From contig CALXML010000001.1 of assembly GCA_944389465.1 (NCBI GenBank), forward strand, positions 487 through 64,486: a DNA stretch of 64,000 nt. Reading direction: 5' to 3'. Numbering within the stretch: position 1 is the first letter of the stretch; each line of letters begins with the position of its first letter. A model generated the notes under the pieces. The model saw only the letters and a list, made by a program, of their open reading frames with translations, was not told where the DNA came from and did no database searches. The position numbers and the translations under genes are program-made. The DNA comes from an uncultured Alphaproteobacteria bacterium (GTDB lineage Bacteria; Pseudomonadota; Alphaproteobacteria; Rs-D84). Positions 43,644-52,834 of the stretch are shown here, in pieces.

Positions 43644-45923
43644 ATGCAGGGTATGGCAAGAGAGTCTAATTTTTTACCGGAAAGTATTTCAACGGCGTTA
43701 AAAAGTTTAATCAAGCGCATTGCCGGTGGCGTAATGCTGGGGCTGGCGTTGTGGGCGTTATTCGCGTTGATTTTTTATAACCCATATCTGGATGGGTTTG
43801 CAGTTGCCAGTACATTTGGCACACAATCTGTTATGGGACAGGTTGTTGGTTTTTTACGTTATGGTGTTGGGTTTGTCCCCGCGCTGTTTTTTATTTTGTG
43901 TGTTGCGCGCTGGGGATTGGCGTGGTTGGCAAATTGGGATGATGATGCATCGCCAGAATATAATTTCCTGCGCTTTTTTGTGGCGGTTTGTGCGGGGGCG
44001 GTTGGATTTGGTTTGCTGGATTCAGCGTCAACATTTGGTGGTATGTTGGGCGCGATTGCGGCGTATGATATCGGTGCAATTGGTGCCGGATGGATGCGGA
44101 TTGTTATTGGATTGTTGGCATTGACGGTATTTGTGTTATTGGCGTCTGTTTTGTTACATATAAAATGGGCACATATTAAAAGTGCCATAAATATGATTTG
44201 GCGTGGTGTGCGTTGGTTGTTGTCGGTATTTCATTTGGCGACGCCTGTGCAATATTCAGACACAGAAGATTCTGAATTTACAGACGATGACGGGGACGCA
44301 TCAGACGAAGAAGACGAAACAGATGATGATACCGTAAAACCCCGCAGGGGCAGGGCAAAGGCCGAACACAAACGCGCCACGCGCAGGGCAACACGCAGTG
44401 TACGTGTTAAATCTGATAATGGTGAACATGAATATGAATTGCCAGACCCTGCATTTTTGGAACGTTCGGATTTTGGGAAAAATGTTATTACGCCGGAATT
44501 AAAACGCAATGCCGCCGCGATGGAGGTACATTTTGCAGAATATGGCGTTTTGGGCAAGGTGGTTGGAATCCGCCCCGGTCCAATTATTACACTGTATGAA
44601 TTTATGCCGAAAAGTGGCGTCAGAATGGTTGATATCAGCAAAACGGTGGAAGATATGACACGCGCCATGGCAACTGAAAATATTCGTATTGCGCATATCC
44701 CCAGCACGCAATTAATTGGTGTGGAAATGGTTAATATCACCAGACAAACGGTGCGTTTTCAGTCGCTGATTGATAATAATTTATTTATAAATTCAAAATA
44801 TAAAATACCGTTGGCGTTGGGTGTGGATATTGGTGGAAACCCAATGTATTTTGATTTGGCAAAAATGCCGCATATGTTGATTGCGGGACGTACGGGTTCT
44901 GGCAAGTCCGTGTTTGTGCAATCTATTATAATGTCTGTTGTGTATCATTTTACGCCGGACAAGTGTAAATTGATGATAATTGACCCAAAGGGTGTTGATT
45001 TTGGGTTCTGGGATGATATTCCACATTTAATAACGCCAATTGTAAAACTGGATGCGGCGGCGGCGGTGAATGCATTGAAATGGGCCGTGAACGAAATGGA
45101 AAATCGGTACAAGCAATTGCAAAAATTAAATGCCCGTAACATAGAAAGTTATAATGAAATTGTTGCACAAAAACGTGCAAATGGCGAAACAGTAACAGAA
45201 CAGGTTGCTGTTGGAACTGATGAAGAAACAGGTGAATTATTATTTGAAACCCAAGAAGTTGATTTATCTGATATGTCATATATCGTCATTATTATTGACG
45301 AGGTTGCAGACCTGATGAGTATGGCACGTAAAGAGGTAGAGGCCTGTGTACAACGTATTGCGCAAAAGGCACGTGCGGCCGGTATACATTTGGTTATGGC
45401 AACCCAGCGTCCAGACGCCACAACAATTACCGGTGTTATCAAGGCTAATTTCCCAACACGCGTATCATTCCAAGCACGCAGCCGTATTGATTCCATGACA
45501 ACATTGGGTGAAAAGGGTGCAGAACAATTATTGCCGTGTGGTGATATGTTGTTCAGCGAGGCTGGTCGTGTACCTGTTCGTATCCATGGTGCGTTTATAT
45601 CGGACGAAGAAATGAACAGGGTTGGTGATTTCCTGCGCTCACAGGGGACGCCCGAATATGCAGATGGTGTAACTGATGGTGGTGATGCGGCAGGCGGCGG
45701 AATTGCCGGATTACCAAATGCCATATCTGGCAAGGCGGACAAAGATGCTGATTTATACGTTCAGGCCAAGGAAATAGTTGTTCGTGATAAAAAGCCGACC
45801 ATTTCATATATCCAGCGCAGATTGGGCATAGGATACAACAAGGCCGCCAGTTTAATGGAACGTATGGAGGCCGAAGGTATCGTCAGTCCACCGGATGCCA
45901 ATAATAAACGACATATATTATAA
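43644..45923 (+). CDS. ftsK: DNA translocase FtsK
   Basis: N-terminal TM segments, an acidic linker, the motor domain (LIAGRTGSGKSV, IIIDEVADL, ATQRP) and a gamma domain (ISYIQRRLGIGYNKAASLMERME). Confidence 0.95.
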   Translation: MQGMARESNFLPESISTALKSLIKRIAGGVMLGLALWALFALIFYNPYLDGFAVASTFGTQSVMGQVVGFLRYGVGFVPALFFILCVARWGLAWLANWDDDASPEYNFLRFFVAVCAGAVGFGLLDSASTFGGMLGAIAAYDIGAIGAGWMRIVIGLLALTVFVLLASVLLHIKWAHIKSAINMIWRGVRWLLSVFHLATPVQYSDTEDSEFTDDDGDASDEEDETDDDTVKPRRGRAKAEHKRATRRATRSVRVKSDNGEHEYELPDPAFLERSDFGKNVITPELKRNAAAMEVHFAEYGVLGKVVGIRPGPIITLYEFMPKSGVRMVDISKTVEDMTRAMATENIRIAHIPSTQLIGVEMVNITRQTVRFQSLIDNNLFINSKYKIPLALGVDIGGNPMYFDLAKMPHMLIAGRTGSGKSVFVQSIIMSVVYHFTPDKCKLMIIDPKGVDFGFWDDIPHLITPIVKLDAAAAVNALKWAVNEMENRYKQLQKLNARNIESYNEIVAQKRANGETVTEQVAVGTDEETGELLFETQEVDLSDMSYIVIIIDEVADLMSMARKEVEACVQRIAQKARAAGIHLVMATQRPDATTITGVIKANFPTRVSFQARSRIDSMTTLGEKGAEQLLPCGDMLFSEAGRVPVRIHGAFISDEEMNRVGDFLRSQGTPEYADGVTDGGDAAGGGIAGLPNAISGKADKDADLYVQAKEIVVRDKKPTISYIQRRLGIGYNKAASLMERMEAEGIVSPPDANNKRHIL

Positions 45924-45931
45924 TATGTATA

Positions 45932-45956
45932 AAATCCGCCGAATGGCGGATTTATT
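45932..45956 (+). terminator. intrinsic terminator
   Basis: ATCCGCC-GAAT-GGCGGAT followed by TTATT. Confidence 0.6.
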
Positions 45957-46002
45957 GTTGGGTGTTTTAATGCTTTTTTGTTGGGTGTTTTTATGATATA
46001 AT
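45955..46002 (+). promoter_or_regulatory. promoter with two direct 14-bp repeats over the -35 region
   Basis: TTGTTGGGTGTTTT at 45955-45968 and 45978-45991, then TGaTATAAT (extended -10, 45994-46002) upstream of the OMP gene. Confidence 0.45.
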
Positions 46003-46026
46003 TTTTACCAAAAGGAGAATTATATA

Positions 46027-47241
46027 ATGAAAAAGAGTTTATCTTGGGTTGGTATGTTTGTCGCGTCTGTTTTGGCGATGCCGGCGGTGGCGGCAACTAA
46101 TTATGGAACGCGTGCGGCATCCAGTGTTGATTTAACTGGCCAGCCTGCTGTGCGTGAACGTACACAGGTTAATTATGAAAAGTACACAACGCGTACTTCT
46201 ACAAAAACTTATGATTCTGCGGATGCAAAAAATTTATATTATACCCAGCCCGCAAATCGCAGTGATTTGTACAAACAGTATGGTGCAAATTCCGGTAATG
46301 TAAATGTTCGTACAACACGGGCGGAAACATATCGGTCTGAATTGCGCCGTAAATATTATTTGGCACATCCGTTCTTTCAACCAACCAAGGGTAAATTTGG
46401 TTCTGTGACGGATTTATCTTATAATATGAACTCTTATGATTTGGCGTTAAGTCCGGCCACAGATACAATTACTTTATCTGACCCAAATGGTAAATGGAAT
46501 ATGGGGCAGTTTTCAATCAAGGAAGATTTCAGTTATGGTATCACCGACAGATTGGCTGTTTTGGCAATGGCAAGATTTGATGTCAGTGATTATGAATTTG
46601 ACTGGTCTTTGCCGGAAACACCAGATGATAAAATGGATGACAGTGGTCTGAATTTATTGGGATTGGGACTGCAATGGCGTTTTGCTGATACTGATAAATG
46701 GATTGCAACTGCGTCTGCGTATTATCAGCATCAACAGGATGTATCCAATAATATCGTGTTGGACTTAAAGGCTGGATACAAGGTCAGTTCCACAACTGTT
46801 TACGGTTTGGTTCGTGGGTGGTATCTGGATTTTGAGGGGAATTCATACGGAAATGGTGTAAATGGTAAAACAGCCGATGGTTCAGATGCATTGTTCTTTT
46901 TGGCGTATAATACCGATGCCGATAATACATTCTATATAGAGGGTGGATTGGGTGCGTTCAGTGTATTGGACGAAGATTGGACATTAAATTTTGAAGCCAT
47001 ATTGGGTAATTATGATTGGCATAATCAGGCCAGTTTAAAGGCGGCCATTGGTTGGCAACCGAATGACTGGTTTGCATTAAATCTGTATGGTAAAATGGCT
47101 GTGTGGGATTCTGCAAATGGCAAAGATTTGTCGTTCTGGCAGACGGACGCAGTGGATGGCGTGTTGCGCAGATTTGGTACGGCGAATTTGGATAATTATT
47201 CCGAAGCGTCAGTTGGGCTGCAGGCTATATTTATGTTCTGA
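46027..47241 (+). CDS. outer-membrane beta-barrel protein (hypothetical)
   Basis: Signal peptide MKKSLSWVGMFVASVLAMPAVAA, alternating beta-strand pattern, and a C-terminal ...GLQAIFMF ending in Phe. Confidence 0.55.
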   Translation: MKKSLSWVGMFVASVLAMPAVAATNYGTRAASSVDLTGQPAVRERTQVNYEKYTTRTSTKTYDSADAKNLYYTQPANRSDLYKQYGANSGNVNVRTTRAETYRSELRRKYYLAHPFFQPTKGKFGSVTDLSYNMNSYDLALSPATDTITLSDPNGKWNMGQFSIKEDFSYGITDRLAVLAMARFDVSDYEFDWSLPETPDDKMDDSGLNLLGLGLQWRFADTDKWIATASAYYQHQQDVSNNIVLDLKAGYKVSSTTVYGLVRGWYLDFEGNSYGNGVNGKTADGSDALFFLAYNTDADNTFYIEGGLGAFSVLDEDWTLNFEAILGNYDWHNQASLKAAIGWQPNDWFALNLYGKMAVWDSANGKDLSFWQTDAVDGVLRRFGTANLDNYSEASVGLQAIFMF

Positions 47242-47257
47242 TTTAATGGGGCAATGT

Positions 47258-47284
47258 TTCGGGTGCGCGGTGCACCCGAATTTG
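47258..47284 (+). terminator. intrinsic terminator
   Basis: TTCGGGTGC-GCGGT-GCACCCGAA followed by TTT. Confidence 0.6.
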
Positions 47285-47331
47285 TCCAATTTTATATGTA
47301 ACAGATTTTTTAATACAGGAGTAGGAGAGAG

Positions 47332-48060
47332 ATGCGTAAATTCATAGCCGGTTTCTTAATCGTGTTGGTTGGTTTTGTGCCATGTGTTGGTTCTGCGCGT
47401 GCCGATGGTTTGGATTATGATACATCTGACCCATTATATATGTTGGGTATTCAAGAGGTTTTATCTGAAACAACACTGACGTATTGGGATAATATTTTAC
47501 GTTTGGGGCAAACACTGTCTTATGGAATTAATGACAGATTGTCAATTGGTATTAATGCCGTTTTTCAACAGGATTTTGATGGTTCACAGGATGGTTTTGG
47601 TGCGGTTGATTTGGGTGGTGTTTATCGTGTTGGAACGCCGTCTGGGAACAGTGCACGCATTATATCCGACGTATTATTTGGATTAAAATTTGGTGGTTCG
47701 TCGCGGGTACGTACACCTGATTATGCTGATTCAACATATTATGTTGGGTACAGATTTGGGCGGCAATGGTCCGGTATGACGTTGGCTGCAACAATTAAGT
47801 CCAGTTGGATTTTTGATGATGTACCATTGGGAATGGCGTATATTGACTTTACACCAGAAGCATATTTTCGTATCGCGCCTGATTGGCGGTTGGGGGCACA
47901 ATTTACCCTGCGCAAGGCAACAAACCCACATTATAACCAAGAATGGTTGGGTGGGAAAATCGTTCGTCAATATGGACGTACGCAATATGCCGCGCATTTG
48001 GATTACGAATTTGAACAAGATGATTTACAGGTTGGTGTGAATGTAAATATTTTGTTTTAA
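47332..48060 (+). CDS. outer-membrane beta-barrel protein (hypothetical)
   Basis: Signal peptide MRKFIAGFLIVLVGFVPCVGSARA and a C-terminal ...VNVNILF. Confidence 0.55.
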   Translation: MRKFIAGFLIVLVGFVPCVGSARADGLDYDTSDPLYMLGIQEVLSETTLTYWDNILRLGQTLSYGINDRLSIGINAVFQQDFDGSQDGFGAVDLGGVYRVGTPSGNSARIISDVLFGLKFGGSSRVRTPDYADSTYYVGYRFGRQWSGMTLAATIKSSWIFDDVPLGMAYIDFTPEAYFRIAPDWRLGAQFTLRKATNPHYNQEWLGGKIVRQYGRTQYAAHLDYEFEQDDLQVGVNVNILF

Positions 48061-48074
48061 TGATATAACTGGTT

Positions 48075-48131
48075 GCCACAATTATGCAGTTTGAATGTTT
48101 TTGCATTCAATATTCGTAATTGTGGCTTTTT
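48075..48131 (+). terminator. long composite hairpin terminator
   Basis: Outer stem GCCACAATTA...TAATTGTGGC, inner stem TTGAATG/CATTCAA, followed by TTTTT. Confidence 0.6.
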
Positions 48132-48177
48132 ATGTATAATTTGACATTTTGGTTTTTAGTGTAATAATATTTCCGTT

Positions 48178-49143
48178 ATGATTACTGAAAAAATTGCTTT
48201 TATTTTTCCGGGGCAGGGTTCCCAATATGTTGGTATGGCGCGTGATTTGTATGATGAATATCCTGTTGTGCGTCATACTTTTGAACAGGTGTGTGACATT
48301 TCGCACAGAAATATAACCGATGCATGTTTAAATGGGCCGGCGGATGTATTGAATAAGCCCGAATTTACATCGCTGGGGACATTTGCGCATTCTGTATCAA
48401 TTGCCAGAATCATAGAAGATTATTTTAATACACCGTTATATAACATCGGTTATGCAATTGTTGGGCATTCAATGGGGCAATATTCTGCGCTGCATTGTGC
48501 TGGCAGTTTGACGTTGGCCGATGCGGTGCGTTTGTTGTCTGCGCGTTCAACATATATGTCAATGGCGGATGCATCTGGGGGTGGAATGGCGTGCATTGTT
48601 GGATTGGAACGGGACAAGGTGGAATCTTGTCTGTTGGCGGCAACAGGTCATGGATATGCGGCTATTTCAAATCATAATGCAATTGACCAATTTACTATCA
48701 GTGGGCAAAATGCCGCATTGGATGCGGTTGTTGCACGTGCACAGGAAAAGGGCGCACGTCTGGCAAAAAAGTTAAATGTTTCAGTGCCTGCGCATTGTGC
48801 GTTAATGGAAAATGCAGAAATTTTATTACGTCGTCGTTTGGAATCAATTGATGTGCAATCACCAAAAACAAATTGGTTTTCAAATCAGACCGCAAATGTT
48901 ATGAACAATCCACAGGATGTAAAGGATTCTTTGGCTGACCAAATGACGCATGGTGTGCGTTGGTTTGATATAATGCAAAAATTTCCTGAATATCATATTC
49001 AAACGGCATATGAATTGGGACCGGGGCGTTCATTAAGTGGATTAGTACGTCGTGCAAATGTCGGATGTGCGGCATATGCAACAGATACATTGAAAAATGT
49101 TCGTGCAACATTGACGCAATTGGCAAAAGTTATGTCTCGCTAG
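48178..49143 (+). CDS. fabD: ACP S-malonyltransferase
   Basis: FIFPGQGSQYVGM, active-site GHSMGQYSAL, and VSVPAHCALM. Confidence 0.9.
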   Translation: MITEKIAFIFPGQGSQYVGMARDLYDEYPVVRHTFEQVCDISHRNITDACLNGPADVLNKPEFTSLGTFAHSVSIARIIEDYFNTPLYNIGYAIVGHSMGQYSALHCAGSLTLADAVRLLSARSTYMSMADASGGGMACIVGLERDKVESCLLAATGHGYAAISNHNAIDQFTISGQNAALDAVVARAQEKGARLAKKLNVSVPAHCALMENAEILLRRRLESIDVQSPKTNWFSNQTANVMNNPQDVKDSLADQMTHGVRWFDIMQKFPEYHIQTAYELGPGRSLSGLVRRANVGCAAYATDTLKNVRATLTQLAKVMSR

Positions 49144-50429
49144 GTTGAATTTTTAGAATTTAATTTTTTGCGCAATCCATCCCAATAATCCAAACGTTTT
49201 TTTATTTCGCGTTCAAACCCGCGTTCAATTGGATGGTAAAATTTTTGGCGCGACATAGATTCAGGAAAACAGTTTTGTCCGGAAAATCCTGATTCTGTAT
49301 CTGGTTCATATATATATCCTGCACCATAACCCATATCGCGCATCATACGGGTTGGTGCGTTTAATATGTTTTTGGGTGGCATTAAACTGCCTGTTTCACG
49401 CGCAGTACGGTATGCCGCCATTTGGGCACGATAATTGGCCGTGCTTTTGGGGGCTGTGCCCAGATATATTACCAATTCGGTTAGGGCCAAGTCGCCCTCT
49501 GGACTGCCCATACGTTCATATACCTGCCATGCGGCCAGTGCAATTTGCATTGCGTTTGGGTCGGCCAGACCAATATCTTCCATGGCAAAGCGCGTCAGGC
49601 GGCGGAATAAATACATTGGGTCCTGACCGGATGTCATCATACGTGCGGTCCAATATAATGCCGCGTCCGTATCACTGGCACGCAATGATTTATGTACTGC
49701 TGAAATTAAATTATAATGTTCGTCGCCTGATTTATCGGACAGTGGTGCGCGTTTTTGAATTGCGCTGTCCAGTTTATCTGGTGTTAATACTTTTTTAAAA
49801 TTTGCATTTATTAAATATTCAATTGTGTTTAATAAAAATCGTGCATCGCCATCCGCCATTTGTGCCAAATGTAATCTGGCCGCGTCATCCAATGGTAATT
49901 TTTTATCCATAAATTTTTCTGCGCGGGTCATCAATGTCATTAAATCTGTTGTGGACAAAGGCTGCAGAACGCCAACATGGCAACGTGACAATAATGCATT
50001 ATTTAAATTAAAACTGGGGTTTTCGGTGGTTGCACCCATAAATACGACTGTTCCATCTTCTAGGTATGGTAACAATGTATCCTGTTGTGTTTTATTAAAG
50101 CGGTGAATTTCATCAATAAATAACAAAGTGCCGCGCCCGATTTCACGGTTCATACGGGCGGCCTCCATCGCTTTTTTTATGTCGGATGTGCCAGAAAATA
50201 CCGCGGACATCGGCACAAAATCCATATCAACTGATTTTGCCAATGCGCGTGCAATTGTTGTTTTTCCGCACCCCGGTGGCCCCCATAAAATTAAATTTGA
50301 TAATTTATGGTTATCAACCATACGACGAACCAGACCATTTTCACCCAACAGTTGGCCTTGGCCCACGATATCATCAATCGTTGATGGGCGCATAATATCT
50401 GCCAAAGGTCTGTTTTCTGATTGCGTCAT
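49140..50429 (-). CDS. rarA: replication-associated recombination protein A (AAA+ ATPase)
   Basis: LILWGPPGCGKTT, LFIDEIHRFNKTQQD, and the C-terminal MgsA domain (HYNLISAVHKSLRASD). Confidence 0.9.
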   Translation of the reverse strand: MTQSENRPLADIMRPSTIDDIVGQGQLLGENGLVRRMVDNHKLSNLILWGPPGCGKTTIARALAKSVDMDFVPMSAVFSGTSDIKKAMEAARMNREIGRGTLLFIDEIHRFNKTQQDTLLPYLEDGTVVFMGATTENPSFNLNNALLSRCHVGVLQPLSTTDLMTLMTRAEKFMDKKLPLDDAARLHLAQMADGDARFLLNTIEYLINANFKKVLTPDKLDSAIQKRAPLSDKSGDEHYNLISAVHKSLRASDTDAALYWTARMMTSGQDPMYLFRRLTRFAMEDIGLADPNAMQIALAAWQVYERMGSPEGDLALTELVIYLGTAPKSTANYRAQMAAYRTARETGSLMPPKNILNAPTRMMRDMGYGAGYIYEPDTESGFSGQNCFPESMSRQKFYHPIERGFEREIKKRLDYWDGLRKKLNSKNST

Positions 50430-50502
50430 AGTTTTACTTTGGTTTTATTTAATCTTTATTTGTGATATAATAAATTTTAATAAAGAAACAAAGGTTTTTC
50501 AA

Positions 50503-50868
50503 TTGGTAAGTGTAAATAAAGAATCTGCTGATTTTACATTGGCTGTGGCTAATTTGGCGGCTGCGGCAATTGCGGCAAATCCGTCGTTGACAATGGAACA
50601 GGCCGTGCGTAATGCACGCGAAAGTCTGCGCGGGGCGACGGCCAGTCCGCAACAGGTGGCGGCATCTGTGCGGCATGATAAAATTCAATGTCTGGAAGAT
50701 GGCACATGGCATGTTATGCTGCGACGCTATGTTCGGCGTAAATTTAATATGTCGCCGGAACAGTACAAAGCAAAATGGGGATTGGCGGATGATTATCCGT
50801 TTGTTGCGCCTGATTATTCGTTGCGACGTTCAAAAATTGCAAAAAAAACAGGGCTGGGTAAAAAATAG
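50503..50868 (+). CDS. MucR/Ros family transcriptional regulator
   Basis: C-terminal IQCLEDGTWHVMLRRYVRRKFNMSPEQYKAKWGLADDYPFVAPDYSLRRSKIAKKTGLG (Ros/MucR zinc-finger region). Start inferred at TTG 50503 after AAAGG, because the longer ORF overlaps rarA. Confidence 0.8.
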   Translation: MVSVNKESADFTLAVANLAAAAIAANPSLTMEQAVRNARESLRGATASPQQVAASVRHDKIQCLEDGTWHVMLRRYVRRKFNMSPEQYKAKWGLADDYPFVAPDYSLRRSKIAKKTGLGKK

Positions 50869-50879
50869 GGGTTATTTAA

Positions 50880-52823
50880 ATGGATGAAAAATTTAGAAAA
50901 GTTGTTGCCAGTCCAGAACAATTGGCAAAAAAATTACGCCAGATTATAGAAAAAAAGAATCCGTCTGAATATGTGCGGACGCGGCGGGAACAAAGGGATA
51001 ATGCCGGTATTACGGACAAGCATGCTGAATTACAAGATAATGCCGCTGTTATTGGATTGGAAACTGCAAAATGGACGGCGTGGTTGGCGGCGGGGGGCGC
51101 GCAATTATTACTGACGTTGGTGCGCTGGACGACAATGGACAATGTGTTTTTGCGCAAATTGGAAAACAAGCTTGCCATAATGAACGTTGGGAAAAATAAA
51201 AATGGTGAATTAAAAAAATTATCATCTTTTGCAAAGATTGCAAAAAAGTACCCGAACGTGTCCGCCCATATATTGTGGTTGATGGGGTTGGGATTGGTTG
51301 CTGGTGGGGCGTATGTGGGAACTGAAATATTGCCCGATAAAATTCAGCAGTATAAAGAATGGCGTGCAGATAAACTGGCGGACAAGCATGCAGAAGAGCA
51401 GGCACGTGGAACTTATCGTGCGTTTTTAAATAAAATGCAACCGATAACACCGTTCTTGATTGCGGATTTAATCGCCAAAGAGGGCGTTCATATGGAAGGC
51501 GGATTGCATACGCCATATCGCGATTCGCGTGATGTTCCGACAATTGGATTTGGTTCAACCATGCTAAAAGACGGCAGTCGGGTTACAATGGATACCCCAC
51601 CAATCACCACCGAAGAAGCATATGAATTGGCACGTTGGCATTTGGAAGAGGGCGAAACTTATTTTGTGTTGTATTGCTATGACGTGGCAATGGATGGTGT
51701 GGATGTTGAAACAACCAGTGAAGCACTGGGGATGAGTTCTATTATATATAACTCTTATTCAAAATTAATAGAAGAACCAAACGATAAAAATCATCGTGAA
51801 CGATTTGATAAATTACGTAAATTGTATGCTGAATATGGATATGCTGTGCCAGACAGTTTGGTGCGAAAATGTTTTGAACAATATCCTGTGACAAAACCAA
51901 CCAGTGTGGGTCGGCAATGGTTAAAGGGTGCAAATATTGATACAACTGCTGATAAATTGGGCGGCTTTTTGGCGGGCGGACGCGGTATGTATTGGCGACG
52001 CTGGTTAGAGGCCGGATTGCTGACCGGTGATATTACGCCACAAATGTTATTGCAATGTCCGGTAAACGGAATGTTTGAATTTTTCAAGGTTATGGGCGAA
52101 GAAAAAAGTGCTTTCTTTACCGGTGATATAAATAACAGACAGGTAAACCAGCGTACTTTTAAACTGTTTCGTCAATGGTTGGCACAACCCGTCAATGCAC
52201 AGGGACAAAGTTTGGCGGGCTGGAAAAAAGTAGGCGATTTTTTGCCGGCTGATATTTTGGCGTTTTGTCAAAATGGCGAATGCGAATTAAATAACAAGGG
52301 CTTTAACAATATCAGAAAATCGCACGAGGCCATAGAGGTAAAAACATATACGTTGGGGTATGATGAACAATATAACAGTGCAATAGCCGCCTATTCAGAA
52401 AAAAATTATGACAGTGCCGCGGCACAATTTGAAAAAATGGTTGCACAATATCCTGATAATGCATTGCTGCATAATGATTTGGCGGCGACTTATAATCATT
52501 TGGGGCGGTATACAGATGCCATTGCACAGGCGCGTGAAATACTGCACAGAATTGGTGATAAAAGTCAATATGCTGCTGCACAATACAATGCAGGATTTGC
52601 GTATGAACAAATGGGCGAATATGAACGTGCGCTGGCTAATTATAAACTGGCCGTTATAAATGGTAATGCACGCGTGCAAAATGATGTGAACAGACTGCAA
52701 AAGAAAATTAAATCGGGTAAAACAATTGCTTTCTATGATGCGGTGGATATGCTGAATAATGCAAATGCGTCCGGTGTATCAAACACTGCAGATGTTTTAA
52801 AAAAATCAGAGCATACAGTATAA
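50880..52823 (+). CDS. membrane-anchored lysozyme-like (GH24-type) protein with C-terminal TPR repeats
   Basis: Hydrophobic segments near the N-terminus, E...Y.D....PTIGFG (KEGVHMEGGLHTPYRDSRDVPTIGFGST), and C-terminal TPR-like repeats (YDSAAAQFEKMVAQYPDNALLHNDLAATYNHLGRY...). Confidence 0.55.
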   Translation: MDEKFRKVVASPEQLAKKLRQIIEKKNPSEYVRTRREQRDNAGITDKHAELQDNAAVIGLETAKWTAWLAAGGAQLLLTLVRWTTMDNVFLRKLENKLAIMNVGKNKNGELKKLSSFAKIAKKYPNVSAHILWLMGLGLVAGGAYVGTEILPDKIQQYKEWRADKLADKHAEEQARGTYRAFLNKMQPITPFLIADLIAKEGVHMEGGLHTPYRDSRDVPTIGFGSTMLKDGSRVTMDTPPITTEEAYELARWHLEEGETYFVLYCYDVAMDGVDVETTSEALGMSSIIYNSYSKLIEEPNDKNHRERFDKLRKLYAEYGYAVPDSLVRKCFEQYPVTKPTSVGRQWLKGANIDTTADKLGGFLAGGRGMYWRRWLEAGLLTGDITPQMLLQCPVNGMFEFFKVMGEEKSAFFTGDINNRQVNQRTFKLFRQWLAQPVNAQGQSLAGWKKVGDFLPADILAFCQNGECELNNKGFNNIRKSHEAIEVKTYTLGYDEQYNSAIAAYSEKNYDSAAAQFEKMVAQYPDNALLHNDLAATYNHLGRYTDAIAQAREILHRIGDKSQYAAAQYNAGFAYEQMGEYERALANYKLAVINGNARVQNDVNRLQKKIKSGKTIAFYDAVDMLNNANASGVSNTADVLKKSEHTV

Positions 52824-52834
52824 ACGGGTAAAAG

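Noticed and set aside
50128-50868. 246-aa ORF as a long MucR-fusion protein
   Set aside because: Its first ~100 codons are antisense to the well-supported rarA gene. Only the C-terminal ~120 aa match MucR/Ros, so the start was moved to TTG 50503.
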